Of a stretch of DNA of 64,000 bases, positions 48,115 to 56,998 are shown one piece after another. Origin of the DNA: Corallococcus sp. AB038B (lineage in GTDB: Bacteria > Myxococcota > Myxococcia > Myxococcales > Myxococcaceae); contig NZ_RAWO01000002.1 in NCBI RefSeq assembly GCF_003668955.1, forward strand, positions 407,605 to 471,604, written 5' to 3'. Numbering within the stretch: position 1 is the stretch's first letter; each line of letters begins with the position of its first letter. The notes below the pieces were generated by a model that was given only the letters and a program-made list of their open reading frames with translations, was not told the DNA's origin and ran no database searches. The position numbers and the translations under genes were made by a program.

Positions 48115-48798
48115 ATGGACCGAACGATGAATGCAGGGCCGGACCTCACGACGCTGGCCACGGCCGTGGGTGACGCCACGCGGATCCGGATGCTGGAGCT
48201 GCTCATGGAGGGACGGGCGCTTGTCGCGAAGGAGCTCGCGTTCGGCACGGGCGTCAGCCCCGCGACGGCGACCGCGCACCTTCAGCGGCTGGAGCAGGCC
48301 CGACTGGTGCGCGCCACCCGGCAGGGACGCAACAAGGTGTTCCGGATCGCCACGCCCACCGTGGCTCGGATGGTGGAAGCGCTGATGACCGTGGCGGTCT
48401 GGGGACCCCGTGCGTCAGTGACTCCGGAACCCCTGCGTGCCGCGCGCTATTGCTACGACCATCTTGCGGGCAGATTGGGCATGGGCATCACCGACGCGCT
48501 CCTGCGGGCCGGGCACCTCTCCCTGCGTAAACGCGCGTTCGCGCTCACCCCGAGCGGCGAGGCGTGGTTCCAGGACTTCGGCATCGACCTGGAGCCCGTG
48601 CGCGAGCAGCGGCGCCACTTCGCCCACCGCTGCCTGGACTGGAGCGAGCGGCGCGACCACCTCGCGGGGGCGCTGGGCGCGGCGCTCGCCGCCCGGGTGT
48701 TCTCATTGGGATGGGTGGAGCGTCAGCCCGACTCTCGCGGCCTCATCGTCACGCCAGGAGGCCAGCGGGGGCTCAAGCGTCACTTCGGCGCGCTGTAG
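48115..48798 (+). CDS. ArsR/SmtB-family HTH transcriptional regulator with C-terminal extension, divergent from P450 operon
   Basis: wHTH DATRIRMLELLMEGRALVAKELAFGTGVSPATATAHLQRLEQARLVR. Start at Met preceded by GGAAATGG. Confidence 0.7.
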   Translation: MDRTMNAGPDLTTLATAVGDATRIRMLELLMEGRALVAKELAFGTGVSPATATAHLQRLEQARLVRATRQGRNKVFRIATPTVARMVEALMTVAVWGPRASVTPEPLRAARYCYDHLAGRLGMGITDALLRAGHLSLRKRAFALTPSGEAWFQDFGIDLEPVREQRRHFAHRCLDWSERRDHLAGALGAALAARVFSLGWVERQPDSRGLIVTPGGQRGLKRHFGAL

Positions 48799-49631
48799 GC
48801 CGCGGCGTTCGCGTCCGCGCGCTCCCGGGTGCGCTGGATGGCGACGGATACCGCTTCGCCCACGATGCGAGGCAGACCGTGGGAATCCATCGCCATCAGC
48901 CCTGCCTCGGTGATGCCTCCCGGGGTCGCTATCTCCGTGATGAGGCGAGGGGTGGTGGCGCCGGGTTCGGCCAGCAGCTTCGCCGCGCCAATGAGCGTTT
49001 CCTTCGCGAGCGCCGCCGCCTCCTCCGCGTCCATTCCGTGCGCCATCGCGGCCTGGGCCAGGGTCTCCACGAAGCGGAAGACATACGCGGGGCCCGTGCC
49101 GCACACGCCCGTGCAGACCGTGAGCGCTTCCTCGGTCATCCACATGGGCCGGCCCGTCGCCGCGAAGACGGACTCGGTGGACTGCCTCGCGGCTTCCGTC
49201 GCCCGAGTCCCGGCCGATAGGGGTGTTACGCCCGCCCCCACTCGCACGGGCGTATGGGGCAGGGCGCGGATGACAGAGACGCTGGATGGCAACGCCGCTT
49301 CCAACTGCGCGAGTCGCACGTCTGCGGAGAGCGACACCACGGTCTGCCCAGGTTCCAAGGCAGGCGAGATGACCGCCATCAGGTCCCGCAGCTGCGCCTG
49401 TCGCACCGCCAGCACGACTACGGCCGCGCCCCGCACCGCCTGCGCGTTGTCCATGAGGACGTGCACACCGTGCCGGGAGCGCAATTCCTCTCCGCGCTCG
49501 GGACGGCGCACTGTGACGCGAAGGTCCGACGGACGCACATGGCCGGACCGCAACAGTCCCAGGATGAGGGCTTCGGCGATCTTGCCGCCTCCCAATAGGA
49601 CGACGGGGGCGGGAATGGAGTGGGACGCCAT
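48780..49631 (-). CDS. proC: Pyrroline-5-carboxylate reductase
   Basis: NAD(P) Rossmann VVLLGGGKIAEALILGL. C-terminal dimerisation domain LITEIATPGGITEAGL. Confidence 0.85.
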   Translation of the reverse strand: MASHSIPAPVVLLGGGKIAEALILGLLRSGHVRPSDLRVTVRRPERGEELRSRHGVHVLMDNAQAVRGAAVVVLAVRQAQLRDLMAVISPALEPGQTVVSLSADVRLAQLEAALPSSVSVIRALPHTPVRVGAGVTPLSAGTRATEAARQSTESVFAATGRPMWMTEEALTVCTGVCGTGPAYVFRFVETLAQAAMAHGMDAEEAAALAKETLIGAAKLLAEPGATTPRLITEIATPGGITEAGLMAMDSHGLPRIVGEAVSVAIQRTRERADANAAAYSAPK

Positions 49632-49780
49632 GACTGAAGCCTAACCTCAGGTAGGCCGCCAGGAGCTCGCCAACAGAGTCTGTGATCCGGTGTTCGCGGC
49701 GGCGCACCCCTTGGCGGGGTGCGGCAATGGGGACCGACGGGATGCAGGAGCGGACGGCGGGGTGAGCCCACGAAGTGAGG

Positions 49781-49860
49781 CGCCCGCCCGGGGCCGGTTA
49801 CCTCAAAACTTGTCCGACAGTCGGACAGGTTTTCGCCGCCCGGGGCCCCGGGGGGGAGCA
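49781..49860. repeat. Intergenic element copy A containing 17-bp perfect palindrome TGTCCGACAGTCGGACA
   Basis: cgcccgcccggggccggttacctcaaaacTTGTCCGACAGTCGGACAggttttcgccgcccggggcc. The palindrome sits at roughly 49811-49827. Confidence 0.75.
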
Positions 49861-49903
49861 ATTTCATGCGTGAGCGAACTCCAGGCGAGGGCTCGGACAG
49901 AGT

Positions 49904-49980
49904 CGCCCGTCCGGGGCCGGCTTCCTCAAAACTTGTCCGACAGTCGGACAGGTTTTCGCCGCATGGGGCCCGGGGCCGTG
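49904..49980. repeat. Intergenic element copy B (123 bp downstream of copy A) with the same palindrome
   Basis: cgcccgtccggggccggcttcctcaaaacTTGTCCGACAGTCGGACAggttttcgccgcatggggcccggggcc. The palindrome sits at roughly 49934-49950. Confidence 0.75.
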
Positions 49981-50358
49981 CTGGTCCGACGGGTGACGTC
50001 GAGTCCATGTCAGACCCCTATGGTTGGATGGCGATGCTGGGACGAAGAGGGGATGGGGATGGTGCGAGTGGGGCGCGTGGCGGATGTGGGGGCGCAGTTT
50101 GAGCGCGGTCTTTCGCTGGGGGGACTACCGGCTCGTGCGCGGTTAGGCTCGGAATCGAAGCTGGCGCGTCTCCATGGCCTATGCCGGGACATAGCGCGCG
50201 AGGCGCTTCGGTTGATGGCAGCGCGGGGCCCGGTGGTGCGGCGGCCCATGCGCACTCGGCGCACGGTGGCCGTGGATGCGTCGTTGACGCTGGAGAAGGT
50301 GCTTCCTCCCGAGCCTTACTTCCGCGCTCGGTTCGTCAACGCGGTAGTTGCCATTCAC

Positions 50359-51135
50359 TCAAAGCTTCACACCCACCGTGGTGCGCAGCTGCGTGTCCAG
50401 TGGCGGCACTGTCGCGGGCGGCGCGCTGTCGTAGGTGAGGTTGAAGCCGATGCCCACTGTGACGCGGGGATTGGGCGTCACCGCGAAGATCGTCTCGTTG
50501 AGCACGCGCAGGTCGGAGGGGCGGGTGACTCGCGGCTGGATGTAGACCGTCTCCACGAGGTTGATGTTCTCCATCAGCTTTATCCGTCCCAGCAGGTAGC
50601 TGGAGACTCGCGGATCCGTGTAGCGGTCTCCCGCGTCCGGCTCGCCGTCCTTACGCAGCCGCTCGTGCTCCATCATCAGCGCCACCCCGAAGGTGAGCCC
50701 CAGGCTGTCCTCGTTGAGCAGGATGAAGCGCGGTCCCGCGCCCAGCAGGATCCGGAGCTGGAGCCGGCGGAACTCGTTGTATTCGTGCTGCGCGAAGATC
50801 TCGCCCGACACCGTGTCCGTGAGCTTGCGCCGATAGCGCACGTGCTCCAGCACCTGGCTGACGATGCGCTCGCCGCTGGCGAACGAATACTCACCCCGGA
50901 TGACGCCCAGCCAGACGTCGCGCTCGGAGCGCAACTGGCCCACCAGGGAGCCCCGAATGGAGAACAGCTCCGTGCTGCCCGTGCGCCAGTCGCCGCCCAG
51001 CTCGATGGCCGCGGCCGGCCCCGGCTCCGCCTTCTCGTCGAAGAGCGCCTGCACGTTGACGATCTGTGCCGCCGCGCCGCTCGCGTGGAGCAACACCACC
51101 AGCACCACCCACCCACCCGACTTCAGGAGATTCAT
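50359..51135 (-). CDS. DUF481 (YdiY-like) outer-membrane beta-barrel protein
   Basis: Signal peptide MNLLKSGGWVVLVVLLHASGAAAQ. Alternating amphipathic beta strands. C-terminal aromatic-rich terminal strand. Confidence 0.75.
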   Translation of the reverse strand: MNLLKSGGWVVLVVLLHASGAAAQIVNVQALFDEKAEPGPAAAIELGGDWRTGSTELFSIRGSLVGQLRSERDVWLGVIRGEYSFASGERIVSQVLEHVRYRRKLTDTVSGEIFAQHEYNEFRRLQLRILLGAGPRFILLNEDSLGLTFGVALMMEHERLRKDGEPDAGDRYTDPRVSSYLLGRIKLMENINLVETVYIQPRVTRPSDLRVLNETIFAVTPNPRVTVGIGFNLTYDSAPPATVPPLDTQLRTTVGVKL

Positions 51136-51279
51136 GCATCCTTGCTGTGCCTGCTCCAGCGCTCCCGTTCAACCCTGTTGTGGGGGCTCCGGTGCGCCGG
51201 TCCAGCGCTTGACGCCAACGGTCCAGGCGGAGCATGCCTGCGCTGTTTCCCAGGCCCTTCCCCTGTCCGGAGTCCGCCC

Positions 51280-52167
51280 ATGCAGGTCCACATCATCGAT
51301 GCCTTCACCCGCACCGCCGGTGCGGGAAATCGCGCGGGCGTGGTGCTCGACGCCTCGGCGCTGGATGTCCCCACGATGCAGCGGACCGCCGCGGCTGTCA
51401 GCGCGTCGGAGACCGCGTTCCTGCTGTCCCGGCCCGGTGACGCCACTGTGCGCCTGCGCTACTTCACGCCCGTGGACGAGATCCCCTTCTGCGGCCACGC
51501 CACGGTGGCCACCTTCCACCTGCTCGCGGAGAAGGGGCTCCTGCGAAGCCCGGGGACGTACACGCTGGAGTGCCCCGGCGGCACGTTCGGCATCGAGCTG
51601 GAGCCCCAGGGCACGCGTGGGACTCGGGTGTGGATCGCCACGCCCCCGCCGCCCGCGCAGCCCAACCCCGTGGCCCTGGACGCGCTGATGGCCACGATGG
51701 GCGGGACCGCGTCGCAGGTGGACGCGTCACTGCCGGTCATCCGCCAGGGCCACCGGCTGGTGGTACCCCTCCGGCGGCTCGCGGACCTGGAGGCCCTGAC
51801 GCCGCGAGGCGCGGCGATGAACGCGCTGCTGATGCCGCACGGCTTGCGCGGCGTCTACCTCTTCACCCGCGAAGCGAAGGAGGAAGGGAGCGTGGCTCAG
51901 GCGCGCTACTTCGTCCCGGGCTTCGGCATCCTGGAGGACCCCGTGACGGGCTCCGCCGCGGGACCGCTCGCGGCCTGGCTCGCCGAGCACGGGAGCCTTC
52001 GCCTGCCGGAGCACGGCGGCACGGTGTCGAGTCGCATCGAACAGGGCGACACGCTCGGCAAGCCGGGCCGCATCGACATCCAGGTCACCGGCCGACCAGG
52101 CCACATCGAGCGCGCCCGCGTCGGTGGAGTGGCCCTCACCGTGATGGACGCCACGCTGCTCGCATAG
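51280..52167 (+). CDS. PhzF-family (phenazine-biosynthesis-like) isomerase
   Basis: MQVHIIDAFT..AGNRAGVVLDAS ... FCGHATVATFHLL ... two DAP-epimerase-like halves. The upstream ~530 codons of the track ORF are non-coding. Confidence 0.8.
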   Translation: MQVHIIDAFTRTAGAGNRAGVVLDASALDVPTMQRTAAAVSASETAFLLSRPGDATVRLRYFTPVDEIPFCGHATVATFHLLAEKGLLRSPGTYTLECPGGTFGIELEPQGTRGTRVWIATPPPPAQPNPVALDALMATMGGTASQVDASLPVIRQGHRLVVPLRRLADLEALTPRGAAMNALLMPHGLRGVYLFTREAKEEGSVAQARYFVPGFGILEDPVTGSAAGPLAAWLAEHGSLRLPEHGGTVSSRIEQGDTLGKPGRIDIQVTGRPGHIERARVGGVALTVMDATLLA

Positions 52168-52321
52168 CGAGGCTCACGCGCATGACGGACCGCGGTGCCG
52201 GGCCCCTTGATGGCCTCGCCGCGCACCTCCAGGTTCGAGGTTGGGATGATTCCATCCCCGCTTGAGTGACCGGTGCGGTCTGGCGGCCAGTTGCCAGCCG
52301 GCTCCACCGGGGGAGGACGTC

Positions 52322-52990
52322 ATGGCAACCGACAACAGGAACCCAGGCGCGCAGGGGGGACCCTCCTCCTCGCCCGTCATGAAGAACGCCCAGACCGAGG
52401 TGCCGAGCGCCACCTCGCCGGGACAGGACCCGAGGACGGGCGCTGGCATCAGCCGCCGCGAGTCGCAGGCACCGGCCATCGGCAGGGAAGCCGCGCCCGT
52501 GAGTCCGTTCGGGCTGCTGCGCCGGATGATGGAGGACATGGACCAGCTCGTCTCCGGCTTCGGAGGCCGGGGCCTCACCGCCCGGAGCGGCCTGCTGGAC
52601 GAGGGCCTCTGGTCACCGCAGGTGGACGTGCTGGAGCGGAACGGAAACCTCATCGTGAAGGCCGACCTGCCAGGAATGCGGCGGGAGGACATCCACGTCG
52701 AGGTGCTGAAGGATCTGCTCGTCATCGAAGGCGAACGCTCCTTCGAACTGGAGGAGGAAGAGGAGGCCGAGGGCATCTGGAGCCTGGAGCGCAGCACCGG
52801 TCTGTTCCGCCGCGTCATCCCGCTTCCGGAAGGCATCGACACGGAGTCGATCCAGGCGAACTTCGAGAACGGCGTCCTGGAGGTCTCCCTGAGGCTTCCG
52901 GAGGCGCTGCCCCAGGGCAAGCGCATCGAGGTGAAGGGGGGCTCGCGCGAGCAGGCCCGCCGGATGACGCGCGGCAAGCCCATCCACTGA
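52322..52990 (+). CDS. Hsp20/alpha-crystallin family small heat-shock protein
   Basis: Alpha-crystallin domain WSPQVDVLERNGNLIVKADLPGMRREDIHVEV...GVLEVSLRLPE. Start at MATDNRN. Confidence 0.85.
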   Translation: MATDNRNPGAQGGPSSSPVMKNAQTEVPSATSPGQDPRTGAGISRRESQAPAIGREAAPVSPFGLLRRMMEDMDQLVSGFGGRGLTARSGLLDEGLWSPQVDVLERNGNLIVKADLPGMRREDIHVEVLKDLLVIEGERSFELEEEEEAEGIWSLERSTGLFRRVIPLPEGIDTESIQANFENGVLEVSLRLPEALPQGKRIEVKGGSREQARRMTRGKPIH

Positions 52991-53006
52991 GGGAGGGGCA
53001 CGCGGA

Positions 53007-53702
53007 TCAATGCGTGTGCCGGCGGCCCTCGTCTTCCACGACGGCCGCCGCCACCTTCTCCGCCGAGTCGCGCAGCTCCGCTTCGGCTGGTGAGTGCCAG
53101 GACTCGAAGGCGAACAGCTTCCGCATCAGCTTCCCGGCCTGATAGCCGGGGCGCAGTCCGATGGCGTCGAACATCCAGGACAGTGCTTCGTCCGCGAAGG
53201 TGTACCAGGACTCCTCGCAGCCCGTGGCGTCGATGGTGAGGTTCATCGTGGTGACGATTCCATCCGCCAGCGCCAGCGTCCGGATGTCATTGTCGCCGGG
53301 GCCGGACGGCAGGTCCCGCTTCAGCGCCTGGAAGTGGGTATCCAGCTTGAACAGCCATTCGCGCGACTGCTCGAGCGCGTTGATGATGAGCTGGATGTTG
53401 TATTCCACGCTCATGTTCGGGGTGGGCTTCTGTCTGAAGAAGCGGTGGCACCAGCAGTAGCCGCCGAAGCTCTCATTGCCCAGATACAGACCCGTCTCCG
53501 TGTACCAGGGGCCCAGGTTCTGGTTGAGCATCCGCTGGATGTGCTTCGCCATCGTGTCGTGCTGCTCGTCCGTGAGCTTGCGCGTCCCCGGGGGCACGCG
53601 CGGCGCCAGGTATTCGCGCAGCAACCGGATGAGCTTCTCCGGGTCGTACCCCTCCAGGCTGTCACGGATGCGCAGCCAATGCCCCAGGGCCGAACGGGTC
53701 AT
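53007..53702 (-). CDS. Hypothetical protein, paralog A of a tandem pair (GPWY..GL.LGNE..GGYCWCH.FF motif)
   Basis: 231 aa from internal Met (MTRSALGHWLRIRDSLEGY). About 40% identical to 53699..54364 throughout. Start overlaps the upstream stop by ATGA. Confidence 0.5.
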   Translation of the reverse strand: MTRSALGHWLRIRDSLEGYDPEKLIRLLREYLAPRVPPGTRKLTDEQHDTMAKHIQRMLNQNLGPWYTETGLYLGNESFGGYCWCHRFFRQKPTPNMSVEYNIQLIINALEQSREWLFKLDTHFQALKRDLPSGPGDNDIRTLALADGIVTTMNLTIDATGCEESWYTFADEALSWMFDAIGLRPGYQAGKLMRKLFAFESWHSPAEAELRDSAEKVAAAVVEDEGRRHTH

Positions 53703-54364
53703 ACGGCCACTTCCGCGACCCGCGCCGCGGCGTCCCGGAGGACCTCCGGGGGCGGCGCGATCCAGGACGTGAAGTTGAAGGCCGTGTCCAGCTGCTCCTG
53801 CGTGGCACCCGACAAGGGCAGTCCCATCGCCTCGATGCACCACGACATGGCGTCCTGCGCGACCTGGTACCAGGTCTCCTCGCAGGACGTCGTCTCCGCC
53901 GTCAGGTCCACGGTCCGCACCAGCCCTTCCGCGAGCGCCTTCGCCCGGAGAGCCTTGTCGTCGGCCGCCAACTCGAGCTGACGCCGCGCGCCCTGATACA
54001 CGCCGTCCAGCGCGTACAGAAACGAACGGATCCGCTCCAGCGCCTCCAGCATGAGCTGGATGTTCGCATCCACGTCCATCGTCCGATGCGGCGGGTTCTG
54101 GTTGAAGAACGAGTGACACCAGCAATAGCCCCCCAGCACTTCATTGCCCAGGGGCAGGCCGCTCTCGATGTACCAGGGCCCCAGCTCGGCCTGGAGCAGG
54201 TCCTTCACGGCGTTCTGCGCCTGTTTGAGCCGGCTTGCGTGGATGCTTCCGGACCGAAGGGGGGCCAAGGCCTCCCTCAGCCGGGACGCCAGCGCTTGCG
54301 GTGCGTAGGCATCCAGGCTGTCGCGGATGCGGCGCCACGTGAAAGCCGAAGCGTCACTGCTCAT
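53699..54364 (-). CDS. Hypothetical protein, paralog B of the tandem pair
   Basis: 221 aa. MSSDASAFTWRRIRDSLDAY...LGPWYIESGLPLGNEVLGGYCWCHSFF. Start ATG overlaps the Fic gene stop (ATGA). Confidence 0.5.
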   Translation of the reverse strand: MSSDASAFTWRRIRDSLDAYAPQALASRLREALAPLRSGSIHASRLKQAQNAVKDLLQAELGPWYIESGLPLGNEVLGGYCWCHSFFNQNPPHRTMDVDANIQLMLEALERIRSFLYALDGVYQGARRQLELAADDKALRAKALAEGLVRTVDLTAETTSCEETWYQVAQDAMSWCIEAMGLPLSGATQEQLDTAFNFTSWIAPPPEVLRDAAARVAEVAV

Positions 54365-55038
54365 TCAGGCACCTCGTTGCGGCACGGGGCGTCCGGCCCC
54401 GCGATGGTCCGGGCCAGCAGTCTCGCCAGCCGTGTGTAGTTCACCGCGTCCCCCGGGCGCTTGGGCCACAGCACCACGGGCGCCAGCGGTGGCGTGGGCA
54501 GCCGGCCCCGGCGCAGCATGTATTCCAGCCACAGCCTTGCCGCGCGGGCGTTGCCGTCAGGGAAGGGGTGGAAGAAACAGAGGTCCAGATACAACCGCGT
54601 GGCATGCGCCACGGGATGACGTTTTTCCCGTGCGTCCGCTTCCACCTTGTCGCGGAAGGCCGCCTCCAGGCCGGGCGCTTGCGCATAGCGGTGCTCGCCA
54701 CCGCGCGCGAAGGCGTCCCCGGTGCGAAAGCCCGTGGGCGCGCCCAGGAGCTCCGCCTGGACCTCCACCATCCGGGCGAAGGTCAGCGGCTCGCCCAGGT
54801 CCGCGAGCCGCCGCACCCGGGCCAGGGCCCGCTCGAAGCGCTCCGTCCGCGCCGTTCCCTGGGTTTCATGGGCCGGTGCGTCATGACGGTGCAGGAAGTC
54901 CTCCTGGGCCCCTGTCTCCCGGAAGGGCTGGCGCGCCGCCGCCGTCAGGTCCGCCCGGAGCGCGGGCAGCGCCCAGTCCAGGGCGAGTGTGGCCTCCCGG
55001 TGGGGCGCGAGCTGCTCGGTGGAGGACGGGGCATTCAC
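54361..55038 (-). CDS. Fic/Doc-family protein (variant motif HPFPDGNAR)
   Basis: Fic core helix FHPFPDGNARAARLWLEYML. No in-frame ATG upstream of the core before the divergent lipid-kinase promoter. Start assigned to GTG at 55038 (225 aa); uncertain. Confidence 0.55.
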   Translation of the reverse strand: MNAPSSTEQLAPHREATLALDWALPALRADLTAAARQPFRETGAQEDFLHRHDAPAHETQGTARTERFERALARVRRLADLGEPLTFARMVEVQAELLGAPTGFRTGDAFARGGEHRYAQAPGLEAAFRDKVEADAREKRHPVAHATRLYLDLCFFHPFPDGNARAARLWLEYMLRRGRLPTPPLAPVVLWPKRPGDAVNYTRLARLLARTIAGPDAPCRNEVPE

Positions 55039-55195
55039 TCGGGATCCGGGACGAAATGGGGGGCGGAGAGCCCAGCATGGCCGGGGCCGGGTGACAAACA
55101 CCCCGGGCGATAAGGCCCTCCCGTGGGTCACGGAGTGGAGCCTTGGCTCACAATTGCGTAAACAGGTCGTTCTCGCAGCAGGGAGAAGGCACTGA

Positions 55196-56116
55196 ATGAA
55201 GACGTTCCTCGTGGTCAACCCGCGCAGCGCCAACGGGCAGACGGGGAAGCGATGGGTGGAGATCTCCGCGCAGGTGGGCAAGGTGCTCGGCGACTTCGGG
55301 TACGGCTTCACCAGCGGCGGCATGGATGCGGCGCGTCTGGCGCAGCAGGCCATCGATGACGGTTTTGAGTGCATCGTCGCGGTGGGCGGCGACGGCACCC
55401 TCAACGAGGTCACCAACGGCTTCTTCCGCGACGGACAGGTCATCAACCCCCGGGCCACGCTGGGCCTGTTGCCCCGAGGCACGGGCGGCGACTTCCGCCG
55501 CACCTTCGGGTGGGACCTGGAGCTGACGTCCGCGCTGGAGCGGCTGCGCACGGAAACCACCGAGCCCTTCGACGTGGGGCGGCTGGAGTTCACCGACAAC
55601 GACGGCAAGCCGGCCACGCGCTTCTTCGCCAACATCGCCTCGTTCGGCGTGAGCGCGGTGGTGGCCCGCGAGGTGAACCAGGGCAGCAAGGCGCTGGGCG
55701 GCAACCTGAGCTTCATGTGGGGCACCGTGAAGGGCCTCATCAAGTACCAGGAGCAGCAGGTGCGCCTCACGGTGGACGGCGGCGAGCCGGAGACGGTGAG
55801 CGTCACCGCGGTGGCCGTGGCCAACGGCCGCTACTTCGGCAGCGGCATGTTCGTGGCGCCCGACGCGGTGACGCACGACGGCCTCTTCGACGTCACCATC
55901 TGGTCCAACTACGGCCTGTCCGACTTCGTCCTCAAGTCCAAGGGCGTCTACAACGGCGACCACGTCACCTGGAAGGGCACGCGGAGGCTGCGCTGCCGCA
56001 CCATCCACGCCGAGTCGCTGACGGGCGACGTGTTCCTGGACGTGGACGGCGAGACGCCGGGCCGGTTGCCCTGCACCATGACGCTGTTGCCGGGCGCCAT
56101 CCGCCTCAAGGTGTAG
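55196..56116 (+). CDS. Diacylglycerol-kinase catalytic-domain lipid kinase (YegS/BmrU-like)
   Basis: VVNPRSANG ... IVAVGGDGTLNEV ... GLLPRGTGGDF. Confidence 0.8.
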   Translation: MKTFLVVNPRSANGQTGKRWVEISAQVGKVLGDFGYGFTSGGMDAARLAQQAIDDGFECIVAVGGDGTLNEVTNGFFRDGQVINPRATLGLLPRGTGGDFRRTFGWDLELTSALERLRTETTEPFDVGRLEFTDNDGKPATRFFANIASFGVSAVVAREVNQGSKALGGNLSFMWGTVKGLIKYQEQQVRLTVDGGEPETVSVTAVAVANGRYFGSGMFVAPDAVTHDGLFDVTIWSNYGLSDFVLKSKGVYNGDHVTWKGTRRLRCRTIHAESLTGDVFLDVDGETPGRLPCTMTLLPGAIRLKV

Positions 56117-56996
56117 CGCCGGAGCGGGGCGAGCGCCGCGCGTCCTCCACGGGCGCGCCGGCGCCAGACGAGGCGGGCGTGGGGCGGTACCAGCTCGTCT
56201 GTCCAATCAGGTGCCGCGTGAAGCCGTCCTCCACCAGGGGCGAGGCCTCCGCGGCGCCCAGCACCAGGTAGCCGTCCGCGTGGAGCATCCGCCGCACGCG
56301 GGCGAGCACCGCGCGCCGGGTGGGCGCGTCCCAGTAGATCATCACGTTGCGAAGGAAGACGAGATCCACGGGCGCTTCCAGCGGGAAGTCCTCCATCAGG
56401 TTGAGCGGCCGGAACTCCACCGGCTTGCGCACCTGTTCACTCAGCCGCCACCCGTCGCGCTCCTGGTGGAAGTAGCGCTGGCGCAGTTCGGGCGTCAGGC
56501 CCCGGTGAATCTCCTTCGAGTCGTAGCGGGCCTCGCAGGCGCGGACGATGGCGCGGGTGGAGAAGTCCGTGGCGAGGATGCGCACCGTCCATCCGGTGAT
56601 GAGCAGTCCGGCCTCGGCCAGCGTCATCGCGACGCTGTAGGGCTCCTGACCGTAGGCACATGCCGCGCACCAGATGCGCAGCGTCCGCGTGCGGATGCGC
56701 CTGGCCAGCAGCGTGGGCAGCACCGTGGTTCGCAGGGCCTCGAAGACGGGCGCGTCGCGGAAGAAGGCCGTCTCGTGGTTGGCCAGCGCTTCCGCCAGGC
56801 GCTGGTGCAGCGGACTGCCCTCCGGCTGCGAGCGCAACCGCGAGACCAGGGAGGAGAGGTCCGGCAGCCGCTCCTCGCGCATGAGGGGCGTGAGCCGCGT
56901 CTCCACCAGCGCGTGCGTGTCGGGCTCCAGCACGAGCCCGGAGCGGCGCAGCACGCGCTGCCGCAGGTACGCGAAGTCGTCGGGAAGCAGGGACAT
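56106..56996 (-). CDS. cheR: Chemotaxis protein methyltransferase CheR
   Basis: N-terminal all-alpha CheR_N (FAYLRQRVLRRSGLVLE). SAM-binding IWCAACAYGQEPYSVAM. RNVMIYWD. Confidence 0.85.
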   Translation of the reverse strand: MSLLPDDFAYLRQRVLRRSGLVLEPDTHALVETRLTPLMREERLPDLSSLVSRLRSQPEGSPLHQRLAEALANHETAFFRDAPVFEALRTTVLPTLLARRIRTRTLRIWCAACAYGQEPYSVAMTLAEAGLLITGWTVRILATDFSTRAIVRACEARYDSKEIHRGLTPELRQRYFHQERDGWRLSEQVRKPVEFRPLNLMEDFPLEAPVDLVFLRNVMIYWDAPTRRAVLARVRRMLHADGYLVLGAAEASPLVEDGFTRHLIGQTSWYRPTPASSGAGAPVEDARRSPRSGATP

Positions 56997-56998
56997 GT

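Noticed and set aside
49690-51279. N-terminal ~530 codons of track ORF 49690..52167 (+), including an approximately 100-codon protein-like stretch at 50055..50358
   Set aside because: It crosses the palindromic intergenic repeats and runs antisense through the DUF481 gene without a stop. The PhzF gene starts at the Met near 51280. The 50055..50358 stretch could be a relic gene but has no defined end.
52168-52321. Possible sigma-32/CIRCE heat-shock promoter upstream of the Hsp20 gene
   Set aside because: Neither a CIRCE inverted repeat nor a convincing CTTGAA-N13-15-CCCCAT pair could be identified by eye. Left unannotated.
55039-55824. Upstream 260 codons of track ORF 54361..55824 (-)
   Set aside because: Antisense to the YegS-like lipid kinase gene. 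The Fic core lies only in the 3' 225 codons.
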